Notes under the pieces: model-generated
Seen by the model: the letters and a program-made list of their open reading frames with translations, nothing else
Told to the model about the DNA's origin: nothing
Databases searched by the model: none
Origin: Octopus vulgaris
Taxonomy: Eukaryota
Direction: 5' to 3'
Assembly: GCA_951406725.2 (NCBI GenBank)
Contig: OX597833.1
Span: 62,372,001 to 62,436,000 of the forward strand
DNA length: 64,000 nt
Translations under genes and position numbers: made by a program
In this document: positions 14,148 through 26,498 of the stretch, piece after piece
Layout: each line of letters begins with the position of its first letter
Numbering within the stretch: the stretch's first letter is position 1

Positions 14148-17100
14148 TTATCTACCTATCCTCACAGTGATCATCATTATCATCATCATTTAGCATCCGT
14201 TTTCCATGCTAGCATGGGTTGGACGGTTCAACTGGGGTCTGTGAAGCTGGAAGGCTTCATCAGGCCCAGTCAGATCTGGCAGTGTTTCTATGGCTGGATG
14301 CCCTTCCTAATGCCAACCACTCCGTGAGTGTGGTGGGTGCTTTTTACGTGCCACCCGCACAGGTGCCAGATGGAGCTGGCAAACGGCCACAAACGGATGG
14401 TGCTTTTACGTGTCACCGGCACGGGGGCCAGGCGAGGCTGGCAACGGACACGAATGGATAGTGCTTTTACGTGCCACTGGCACGGGGGCCAGGCGAGGCT
14501 TACAATGGACGCGAGCGGATGGTGCTTTTACGTGCCACCGGCAGGGGCCAGGCAGGGCTGGCAACGGACATGAACGGATGGTGCTTTTACGTGCCACCGG
14601 CACGGGGGCCAGGCGAGGCTGGCAGCGGACACAACGATCGGATGGTTCGCTTAACCACAGCTGCAACTTCCACTGATGTTGATCGGCCTCAATTTTGGTT
14701 CTGCTTTCTGATGACTTTCTGATAGTTGTAAATAAGTGTTAATGTTAGCGTTTTACAAGCGTTGTGTTTTCCAGTCTTCCGTGAAAACATGTCTGGCCAA
14801 GGAGAAATATTTCTTGGAAACAGGTGAGGGCTGGCGACAGGAAGGGCATCCAACTGTGAAAAAACACATTCTGTCTGCCCAGTGCGGGTTGTATGTATAT
14901 AGGGTAAAAATTGGTCACAGAGTTCTGTACAGGTTGCGTTATATAAACAAAAAATGGGTGAAAATGCATGATAACATTAAGTGAATTATTGTAATAATTT
15001 TAGACAAATAGTTCGTTATATATCTATATGCGCAGGAGTGGCTGTGTGGTAAGTAGCTTGTTTACCAACCACATGGTTCTGGGTTCAGTCCCACTGTGTG
15101 GCATCTTGGGCAAGTGTCTTCTACTATAGCCTCAGGCCGACCAAAGCCTTGTGAGTGGATTTGGTAGACGGAAACTGAAAGAAGCCCGTCGTATATATGT
15201 ATATATATATATATATATATGCGTGTGTGTGTCTGTGTTTGTCCCCCTAGCTGGTGTGTTTATGTCCCTCGTTACTTAGCAGTTCGGCAAAAGAGACCAA
15301 TAGAATAAGTACTGGGCTTACAAAAGAATAAGTCCCGAGGTCGAGTTGCTCGACTAAAAGGCGGTGCTCCAGCATGGCCGCAGTCAAATGACTGAAACAA
15401 GTAAAAGAGTATATATAACCAGTTTCATTCATCCATGTATACACACGCACACATATATTTGTATATATGCAAATATATGTGTGTGTGTGTGTGTGTTTAG
15501 TAAATACAGGAATGGCTAGTACAAGTATAGACATGTTTCAATACACTCACATATATTATAAATGGGAAGGAATTCTGTTAAGCCTGTGTAACAACCCTTG
15601 GAAAAAAAAACACTGTTGTCTGTTACTCAGAGTACATGTTCCCATTTCACAGGAACGTGAAACTCTGAGTAACAGTTTTCGCGATATTTTTGCAGCTTTT
15701 TAAAAAAGCATATTTCTCTACCTCTGGTATTCGAGTAATATTTTTTCCACCTTGTTTCGCATTTATGCGCTTACTCTGGTATACATACATGCATGCATAC
15801 ACACATACATACATACACACATACATACATACACACATACATACATACATGTATACACTCATACATACATACATACATACATGTATACACTCATACATAC
15901 ATACACGCATACATACATACATACATGTATACACTCATACATACATACATACATACACACATACATACATACACATGCATACATACATACATAGATACAT
16001 ACATACATACATACATACACACATACATACATACACATGCATACATACATACATACATACATACATACATACACACACACATACATACATACATACATAC
16101 ACACATACATACATGTATACACTCGTACATACATGTATACACTCATACACACACACATACATACATACATACATACATGTATACACTCATACATACACAC
16201 ATACATACACACATACATACACACATACATGTATACACTCATACATACATACAGACAGACAGACAGAGTGAGGCAAATTTTGTGGATAAACAAATTAGAT
16301 ATATTTAATATATCTAATTTGTTTATCTACCTAATTTGCCTCTATAGCCATTCTTTACACTATGGAATCGATCCCCTGTAAAGACATCAGAGTCTAAGTT
16401 TGACTATTTTGAGTATTACTAAGTGTCTTCTATACTGAAAACCTCTGGATCGCATCTGTGGACTATATATATACATATACACACATTGGTCTTCTTTCAG
16501 TTTCTGTCTACTAAATACAACCAGCAGCTATAGTAGAAGACACTTACCACTGTTATGCAGTGGGATTAAAACTACCTGCTGTGCCAGCTGCGAAATGAAA
16601 ATGGCTGAATGAAATGAGGAAATATTTAGTGACCTAATTTAATTTTGTTTTAATCATTTAATTTTATAAATTTAATCCACAGGTGCTACCACCGATTAGA
16701 AACAGTTCGCGACGGAAAAAGAAACGCAAAGTGAAAAGCACTTCTGAAACGACCCCTGCCCCGAAATCTAACCGTATACGCAGCTATGATTATGCTGCTT
16801 GGGAGAAATTTGATGCGGTAAGCATTTTGTTATTTGGTAAATCAATAATTTCACTTTGGAAATAAACAATGTCGGTTGTGTGTTGTTGGCTGGTGTAGGG
16901 GTATAGACATGTCTTTGTGAAGTTTGATTCACAAGGAGCTTGCTTGGTGCTTTGAGCAGATATCTTCTGTGTTAGGGCTTCAGCTTGACCAAAGCTTTAT
17001 GAGTGATATTAGGTAGATGGAAGCAATGGATATTTTCGGTTTGAATGGCAGTTTTTTCTAGTGGTGTCATATGAAATTGTCACCCATAATTATGACCCTC

Positions 17101-19909
17101 GTTCTTGGTCTAGCCCTAATTCTCCTGCCAGTTGGCTTGCCTCAAGAATCCATCTTTTGAGATCCTTTTCTGTGATATTCTAATCAAAGGTCCATAGCAC
17201 TAGAGCTGGTGTCCCTCAATACAGAGAAGTACCAGCTCAACCTGGACAGGTTTCTTGTTCTTTGCGCTATGCTCCCTGTGGAGGAACATGGCCTTGTGGT
17301 TAGAGCAGCGGACTCGCGGTAGGGGGATCACAGGTTCGAATCTCAGACCGGGTGATGTGTGTGTTTATGAGCGAAACACCTAAGCTCCACGCAGCTCTGG
17401 CAGAAGGTAATGGCGAACTTCTGCTGACTCTTTCGCCACAACTTTCTCTCACCCTTTCCTCCTGCATCTTGCAGCTCACTGCAATGGACCAGCGTCCCAT
17501 CCAGGTGGAGAACCTATACGCCAAGGAAACCGGGAAACCGGCCCTTATGAGCCAGGCATGGCTCAAGAAGGAACAAACAACTATGCTCTCTGTACAGTAA
17601 CATTACTCCAGAGATCCTTTGGAGGCTCTCTTTTGACTGTAATTTCAATAATTCAGCACTGAAACATTTCTTCTTTTATCGTTTATCTTATATTTTTTTA
17701 ATGTATTTTCAGGACAAAGTCTGTGATGAAATATCTGAAGATAAGTCTTCATCTTCCGAATCTCTTACCGACGAAGAATTGGAGGAATTACAACAGAAAC
17801 AACAGGCTCTTGACGAGAAAGACAAAGTGAGTGTCAAACCCTGTATGTGAGACAGATTTTGCTTTGGTTTATTGGTAAAATGTCTCAGCTGTTTATTATT
17901 TTTATCATTATTATTATTATTAGCATGGCAGCAAGCTGGCAGAATCATTAGCACACTGGACGAAATGCATAGCGGTATTTCACCCATCGCTACATTCTGA
18001 GTTCAAATCCCACCAAGGTTGACTTTGTCTTTTGTCCTTTTGGGGTTAATAAATTAAGCACCAGTGGAAAAACTGGGGTCGATATAATCAACTAGTCCCT
18101 ACCCAACAAATTTCAGGTCTTCTGCCTCCAGTAGAAAGGATCATTATTATCATTATCATCATCATCGTTAACATTAAGGTGGTGAGCTGGAAGAATCGTT
18201 AGCATGCCAGAGAAAATGTTTAGAAGTGTGTCTTCCACCTTTACGTTCTGAGTTCAAATGCTACTGAGGTTAAGTTTGATTTTTATCCTTTCGAAGTCAC
18301 TAAAATAAAGTACCAGTCAAGTACTGGGGGTTGATGTAAGTGACCGGCTCTCTTCCCCCAAATTTCAAGCCTTGTGCTGATAGTGAAAAGGGTTATTAGT
18401 GCATTTTAAGGTGGAAAGCCGGTAGAATTATTAGAATCTGGGGCAAAATGCTTAGCGACATTTCGTCTGTTTTTATGATGATCATCATCATCGTTTAACG
18501 TCCGCTTTCCATGCTAGCATGGGTTGGAAGATTTGACTGTGGTCTGGCGAACTAGATGGCTGCACCAGGCTCCAATCTGATCTGGCGGTTTCTACAGCTG
18601 GATGCCCTTCCTAACGCCAACCACTCTGAGAGTGTAGTGGGTGCTTTTACGTGCCACAGGCATGAGGGCCAGTCAGGCGGTACTGGCAATGACCTCGCTC
18701 AAACGGTGCGTTTTATGTGCCACCTTCAGAATTCAAATGCTGCCGAGGTTGACTTTGCCTGTCATCGTTTCAAGGTTGATGAAATAAGTACCAGTTGTGC
18801 AGTGGTTTGCGTCTGGCCATAGAAACCAAGCCAAAACAGACTACAGACCCTGGTGTGTCCCCTGGCCCTGCCAGTTCCTGTCAAGCCATCCAACCCATGC
18901 CAGCATGGAAAACGGATGTTAAATGCTGTGGTGGTGGTAGCAGTGGCAGCAGTGGTGGTAGTGGTGGTGGTCTGTCATCAGATGAAAAGTATTTTCAGCC
19001 ATGACCATCCTGCCTCATTCCATTTTTGGTGGTGGTAGTGGTGGTGGGGAATGTGTCTAGAATGATTACATTGTCTAGATATGCCCTTCCCTTTTTTAAA
19101 AAGATACAATGCTCTTTGAAAGATATCTGCCTGTTGTTTCTAGCAGGTTGAGAACAAGAGAGAACATACAAGGGGTTTCATCATTGCTTTATTATAGGCA
19201 CAAGGCCTGAAATTCTGGGGAAGGTGGGGGCAGTCAATTAGATCGACCCCCAGTATACAACTGGTACTTAATTTATCAACCCTGAAAGGATGAAAGGCAA
19301 AGTCAACCTCGGTGGAATTTGAACTCAGAACATGAAAACAGATGAAATACCACTAAGCATTTCGCCCAGCGTGCTAACAATTCTTATTTCTTTATTGCCC
19401 ACAAGGGGCTAAACATAGAGGGGGCAGACAAGGACTGACAAAAGGATTAAGTCGATTACATCGACTCCAGTGCGTAACTGGTACTTAATTTATCGACCCC
19501 GAAAGGATGAAATGCAAAGTCGACCTCGGCGGAATTCGAACTCAGAACATAACGGCAGACAAAATACCGCTAAGCATTTCGCCCAGCGTGCTAACGATTC
19601 TGCCAGCTCGCCACCTTAATTACTTTATTATAATTTCATGGTGGTGGTGGTGGTAGTGTTGGTGAGATGAACATAATGTTGATGATAATGATGATGATGA
19701 TGATGTTTACTATTTTGCAGGGAAATGAATATTTCAAGAAGGGAGAGTACATGCAGGCCATAGATCACTACAGTCGGGGCCTCCAGTGTGACCCCACAAA
19801 CCCACTCCTGGCTGCAAACAGGGCCATGGCACTACTGAAACAAGACAAGTAAAGAACCCCTTTCGTTTATCTTTTAGATTGGTGTGTGTGCGTGCATGCA
19901 TGCATGTGT

Positions 19910-19941
<32 letters not shown>

Positions 19942-20250
19942 TGTTTAAGTCCAGGTCAGTTTGCTGGTTTTCAATACTATACTGTTTGCACCCATCACCA
20001 TCATCATCATCAACACCATCACAATCATCTCTGTCATCATCATCATCATCATCCCCACCACCACAACCAACGTCACCACCAACACCATCATATTCACCAT
20101 CGCCCTCATTATCACCACCACCATCATCATTGTCATTATCACCACTATCATCATCACCATCACCCCTCCTCTTCCCCCTCTTCCTCTTCCTCTTCTTCCT
20201 CTTCTTCTTCCTCCTCTTCTTCCTCTTCTTCCTCCTCTTCTTCCTCTTCT

Positions 20251-20282
<32 letters not shown>

Positions 20283-21355
20283 TTCCTCTTCTTCCTCCTC
20301 CTCCTCCTCCTTCCTCCTCTTCTTCTTCCTCCACTTCCAACAGGTTGTTATTTCTAGCATATAGGGTGACCATGTAGAGGCTTCACTTGCTCATTGGCTG
20401 GCACCTGTAAATAGTTTAAATAAGAGAAAATCACTTTACAACCCAACCACCACCACCACCACCACCACCCTCAAAAATGCCAAGACTGAAACATGCACAC
20501 ACACACACACACATACATGTAATTATCATCATTTAAAATCTGTCTTCTATGCTGATGTGGGTTGGACAGTTTGACAAGATGTTATGGGCCCAGGGACCAC
20601 ATCATGTTCAGTGTCTGCTTCAGCATGATTTCCACAATTGGATGCCCTTCCAGAGATGTCATCCACTTTACAGAAGTGGACCGGGTGCTTTTTACATGGC
20701 ACCAGCCCCGGTGAGGTCACCGAATAGCTTGCAGGACAGAGAGCCCTTCAACTGAGTTTGGGGTAGCATTAAGGATTGTAGCTTTGTGCCAGGTAATGAG
20801 AGGAAAGGCGGCATGTTGGCAGAAACGTTAGCATGCCGGGCGAAATGCTTAGCAGTATTTCGTCTGCCGTTACGTTGTGAGTTCAAATTCCGCCGAGGTC
20901 GACTTTGCCTTTCATCCTTTCGGGGTCGATAAATTAAGTAGCAGTTATGCACTGGGGTCAATGTAATCGACTTAATACCTATGTCTGTCCTTGTTTGTCC
21001 CCTCTGTGTTTAGCCCCTTGTGGGTAATAAAGAAATAGGTATTTCGTCTGCCGTTACGTTCTGAGTACAAATTCCGCCGAGGTCGACTTTGCCTTTCATC
21101 CTTTCGGGGTCGATAAATTAAGTACCAGTTACGCACTGGGGTCGATGTAATCGACTTAATACCTATGTCTGTCCTTGTTTGTCCCCTCTGTGTTTAGCCC
21201 CTTGTGGGTAATAAAGAAATAGGTAATGAGAGGTTAGAGTATGATTAGGGGGACAGTTCTTTTGCAGGGGTTAGAAAAACTGAAGGGCCACTGCAATAAG
21301 TGTGTGGATTCAAGAGGGAAATATGTTGGAAGAGAAAAGAATGACAGTGTGTCTT

Positions 21356-21386
<31 letters not shown>

Positions 21387-22795
21387 ATGAATTCCCACAA
21401 ACATGAGTCCCTTATTTTAATTTCTGCCTTTCAGATATGCTGCTGCAGAAGAAGACTGTAACACTTGCTTGAGATTAGACCCGACCTACATCAAAGGATA
21501 TTTACGAAGGGCCACAGCAAGATGTGGTTTACTAAAGTATAAAGAAGCGCTTGGGGACTACCACAAAGTCCTCAGGTTAGATCCAAGTAACAAGCTTGCA
21601 CAAGTGGAAGCAGATAAATTACAAAAGGTATTTGCTATTTTATACTTTGCACGAGCAGAGATAATGCGAGGGCATCGAGAATGCTCCACGACTGATGTGC
21701 CACTGAAAAAGAGTGTTTGATTGTCTGGAAACAAGAGGACAACTGTGGACACGTGCTTCTGTTTCAGTATATTTGTGTGTGTGTGTGGCACTTGTGTCGG
21801 TGGCACGTGAACAAAACATTCGAGCGAGGTCGTTGCCAGTGCTGCTGGACTGGCTCCTGTGCAGGTTGTATGTAAAAAAAAAACGAGCGTGGCCGTTGCC
21901 AGTATTGCCAGACTGGCCCTCGTGCCGGTGGCATGTAAAAAGCACCCACTACACTCATGGAGTGGTTGGCGTTAGGAAGGGCATCCATCTGTAGAAACTC
22001 TGCCAGATCAGATTGGAGCCTGGTGCAGCCGTCTGGTTCGCTAGTTCTCAGTCAAATCGCCCAACCCATGCTAGCTTGATGATAATGATGGTGGTGGTGG
22101 TGGTGGTGTGTGTGTGTGTGTGAGAGAGAGAGAGAATGCGTTTGTATTTCTTCATCTTGGTACTGCATGGTGGTCGTAAAATGATTGTCGCTGTCATACA
22201 AGCAGTGTCATTCATTCCCAATATTCTGGTGAAGATGTCTGGCTACCTGAAGAATATTACCTTGCTTAGAAACAGGTGAGGGTTGGGAGCAGGAAGAGCA
22301 TCCAGTTGTAGAAAATCTGCCTCAAATAAACTCCATCTGACCCATGTAAGCACAGGAAAGTGGACATCAAATGATGATGATCTGGTGCAGCCTCCTGGCT
22401 TCCCAGACCCCAGTTGAACCATCCAACCCATGCTAGCATGGAAAACGGACGTTAAACGATGATGATGTTGATGATTAGGTTTGCTTCAGCTAATTTCAAA
22501 AACAAGGCAATATTTAGTAGAGTAACTTTGTAATTACTAAGATGGTATTTAGGATATAATTTTAAAAAGAAATTTTAATTGACGGTTTTGATGTCAATCC
22601 CTTTAAAACAGGAAGTCTGTTTAAGAATCAGGGTCAAATTCAGATTGGTTGGGGTCACTTTATATCCTGATCCATCAAGTTTGTGATTGAAAGAATTCTA
22701 TTAACGAACCATTTCGTGTTTTAAATATTTCTTTTTTCATATCAGTCTTAATAATAATATCTGTGATTAAAAACAATTTAATGCCATTACAGTAA

Positions 22796-22826
<31 letters not shown>

Positions 22827-25800
22827 TTTTCTTGTTTGTAGAAAATAGAAATTGCAGAGAAATGTGATTCAGAAAAGTCTGTGATAAACGATGATGACAC
22901 ACCTGAAGAAGCTGTTTTCAAAGACATCTTCAAACCTCCATCAGAAAGGTCAAAGGTAAGTTTTTTTTCTTTCTTTTTTTCATTTTAGTTGTTAGCATCA
23001 TCATCATCATCATCATCTTCTTCTTCTTTCTTCTTCTTCTTCTCTTTCTTCTTCTTCTTTCTTCTTTCTTCTTCTTTCTTCTTCTTCTTCCTTGTTCTTC
23101 TTCCTCCTCCGCCTCGTCCTCCTCCTCCTCCGCCTCGTCCTCCTCCTCTTCTTTCTTCTTGTTCCTCCTCCTCCTTTTTTCTTCTTCTTGTCCCTCCTCC
23201 TCCCCCTCCTTCTTTTTCTTCTTTCTTCTTCTTGTTCCTCCTCCTTCTGTCCTCTTCTTCTTCTTCTGCGTAATGATGATGATGCTTTGCTAAGAGGAAG
23301 CCGGTTTAAAAGCAAAGTTGGTCTCAGTAGGGTTTGAACTCAGAGAACACAGACTCGGAACATTTCCTGCATAGGCACAGACTCATCACAACTGCCATGA
23401 CACACTTTCTCTAACAACTGCAACAACAACTCTGCCATTTCAATTAAAGTGTGGACAACTTGACGTCCTCGATTTACCTCCCTTGATTATTTCCTCTCAG
23501 TTTCTGTCTGTCCGTCTTTCTCTCTCTCTCTCTTTTTCACTTTCACTCTCATTCACTTTCTCTTTCAGTTTCTCTCTCTTTTGCCTTCTCTCGTTTCTCT
23601 TCCCCTCCTTCCCCCTCTCTCTCCTCCTTTCAGCTCTATTCAACACATTTGTTAACCCTTTCGTTACCAACCCGGCCAAAACCGGCTCTGGCTCTGTAGT
23701 ACAAATGTCTTGTTTTCATAAGTTTTGCATCAAAATATACCACCAAACTTTGGAGCAATTTATATTCCTAATACTAGCTTAATGATAACTAAGTTGTTTT
23801 ACTAAATTCTTTGTTATATTTAAAATAATTGAAAGAAACACAGAGCATCTCAAAATAGATACGGTAACGAAAGGATGTATTCCCTCTCTGACAAATAATC
23901 CTTCACTCAAAAATTCCAACTTCTCCTCATTCTCCTCTTCCTCCTCATTCTCCTCTTCCTCCTCATTCTCCTCTTCCTCCTCATTCTCCTCTTCCTCCTC
24001 ATTCTCCTCTTCCTCCTCCTCCTCCTCCTCATTCTCCTCTTCCTCCTTTCCTCCTCCTCCTCCTCATTCTCCTCTTCCTCCTTTCCTCCTCATCCTCCTT
24101 TCCTCCTCCTCATTCTCCTCTTCCTCCTTTCCTCCTCATTCTCCTCTTCCTCCTTTCCTCCTCATCCTCCTTTCCTCCTCCTCCTCCTCCTCCTCCTCCC
24201 CATTCTCCTCTTCTTCTTCCTCCTCCCCTCCCCCTCCTCCTCGTTCTCCTCTTCCCTCTTCGTCCTCCTCCTGGCAAAATCCTTTATTCCACTTTGTCAC
24301 ACGTTTTCTTATTTTTTTTATTTTTTGTCTCATTTACTGATGCAAACCATCAGTGGTTTTGTTGGATGCCACTGTTTCTCTCTGACATATTTGGTGTTTG
24401 TTTGTCCAGAAACCCCTGCGCAGAATTGAAATCGAAGAGATTGGAGTGGAAGAAAAACTGACCCATGATCAACTGAGCGCGAAGATGGAACAGTCACGCA
24501 GCAAAGCAGTGCAAAAGCAGATTAACAAAGACCAACTGTCATTTCAACAGTATACAGGGGATAGCAAAAAAACTCCTCCCAAAATAGAGGAAATTCAACC
24601 AAAACCTGCTGAAAAAACTCAACCAAAACAAACTGAAAAAACCCAACCAAAACCAACTGAAAAAACTCAACCAAAACAAACTGAAAAAAAACAACCAAAA
24701 CCAACTGAAAAAACCCAACTAAAACAAACTGAAAAAACCCAACCAAAACCTGCTGAAGAAATTTCCATCAATGCTCCAAGACAAAATTCTCCTGCAGTTA
24801 CACCAGATGAAACAAAGTCAACAGAAAAATCAAAAATTCCTTGTGATCAAAGTTTGGTTTGTTCTGTTGATGAAGAAAGCCTTGCTTTCCAGCCAGATCC
24901 AAAGAAGTTCCAGTATAATTGGCCTCAAGTGAAGAAAGACTCAAACAAAATTAGCCAATACTTAAAGGTGAGTAATTAATCTCTTATTTATAATTGAGTG
25001 GCTGTGTTGTAAGACGTTTGCTTCCCAACCCAGATGGTTCAAGTTCCACAGTGTGGTACCTTGAGTAAGTTTACTTCTCTAACCTTGGGTCAACCAAAGC
25101 CTTGTGAATGGATTTGGTAGATGGAAACTGAAAGAAGCCCATCACACGCACACACACATATATATAGACACAGGAGTGGCTGTGTGGTAAGTAGCTTGCT
25201 TACCAACCACATGGTTCCAGGTTCAGTCCGACTGTGCGGCACCTTGGTTAAGTGTCCACTACTATGGCCTCAGGCTTTGTGATCATGTTGACATTTGAAC
25301 TGCAGCACACCATGGCCCCTGCACAAGCTATGTCGATTTGTCAGAAGGACTGAGTTAACATACAAACACAAACATTTGATCCCGATAAACAAATCGTCTG
25401 TGAAGGTTATTCAGCAAAATATTGCTCAGAATCGTCTTTCTTGGACTTGAGACGCTTACCAAGAAGAAAATACCCAACATGATCAGAGTTAGAATTGAAT
25501 ATACATTCTGTGTGTGTGTATACTTTCTCTTTTACTTGTTTCAGTCATTTGACTGCGGCCATGCTGGAGCACCGCCTTTAGTCGAGCAAATCGACCCCGG
25601 GACTTATTCTTTGTAATCCCGGGACTTATTCATCGGTCTCTTTTGCCGAACCGCTAAGTGACGGGGACGTAAACACACCAGCAATGCTAGGAGGACAAAC
25701 ACAGACACACAAACACACACATATACATATATTTTTTTTTTTTAATTTTATTTTATCTAGTTTCAGCTCACGAGCTGTGGCCATGCTGGGGCATCGCCAT

Positions 25801-25828
25801 TAAAATTATCGTTGTGCATCGGCTGGGA

Positions 25829-25869
<41 letters not shown>

Positions 25870-26465
25870 CGACAGGCTTCTTTCAGTTTCCGTCTACCAA
25901 ATCCACTCAGAAGGCATTGGTCGGCCCGGGGCTGTAGCAGAAGACACTTGCCCAAGATGCCACGCAGTGGGACTGAACCCGGAACCATGTGGTTGGTTAG
26001 CAAGCTACTTACCACACAGCCACTCCTGTGCAAGATATTTTGTTGCCAGTTGGGAATTATTGTGTTTTGTCTCCATTTTCAGGTGTTGAACCCTGAATCA
26101 TATCCTACCCTCGTCAATCAGTTTATAGATGCGGAAATGGTCACCAAACTCTGTGCTAACCTTCAAAATGCATTCCCCAGGTAAGATGCCTTATGACTCC
26201 TAATATCTAATGTATATATATATATATGTTTCTTTATTGCTCTCAGGGGGCTAAACATAGAGGGAACAAACAAGGACAGACAAAGGGATTAAGTCGATTA
26301 TATCGACCCCAGTGCGAAACTGGTACTTTATTTATCGACTCCGAAAGGATGAAAGGCAAAGTCGACCTTTGGCAGAATTTGAACTCAGAATGTAACAACA
26401 GACGAAATACCGCTAAGCATTTTACCCAGCGTGCTAACGTTTCTGCCAGCTCGCCACCTTATCTA

Positions 26466-26498
<33 letters not shown>

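Noticed and set aside
19879-20377. His/Ser/Glu-rich ORFs
   Set aside because: (CAT)n and (CTT/CCT)n microsatellites inside RPAP3 intron 4; no splice-compatible exon is needed.
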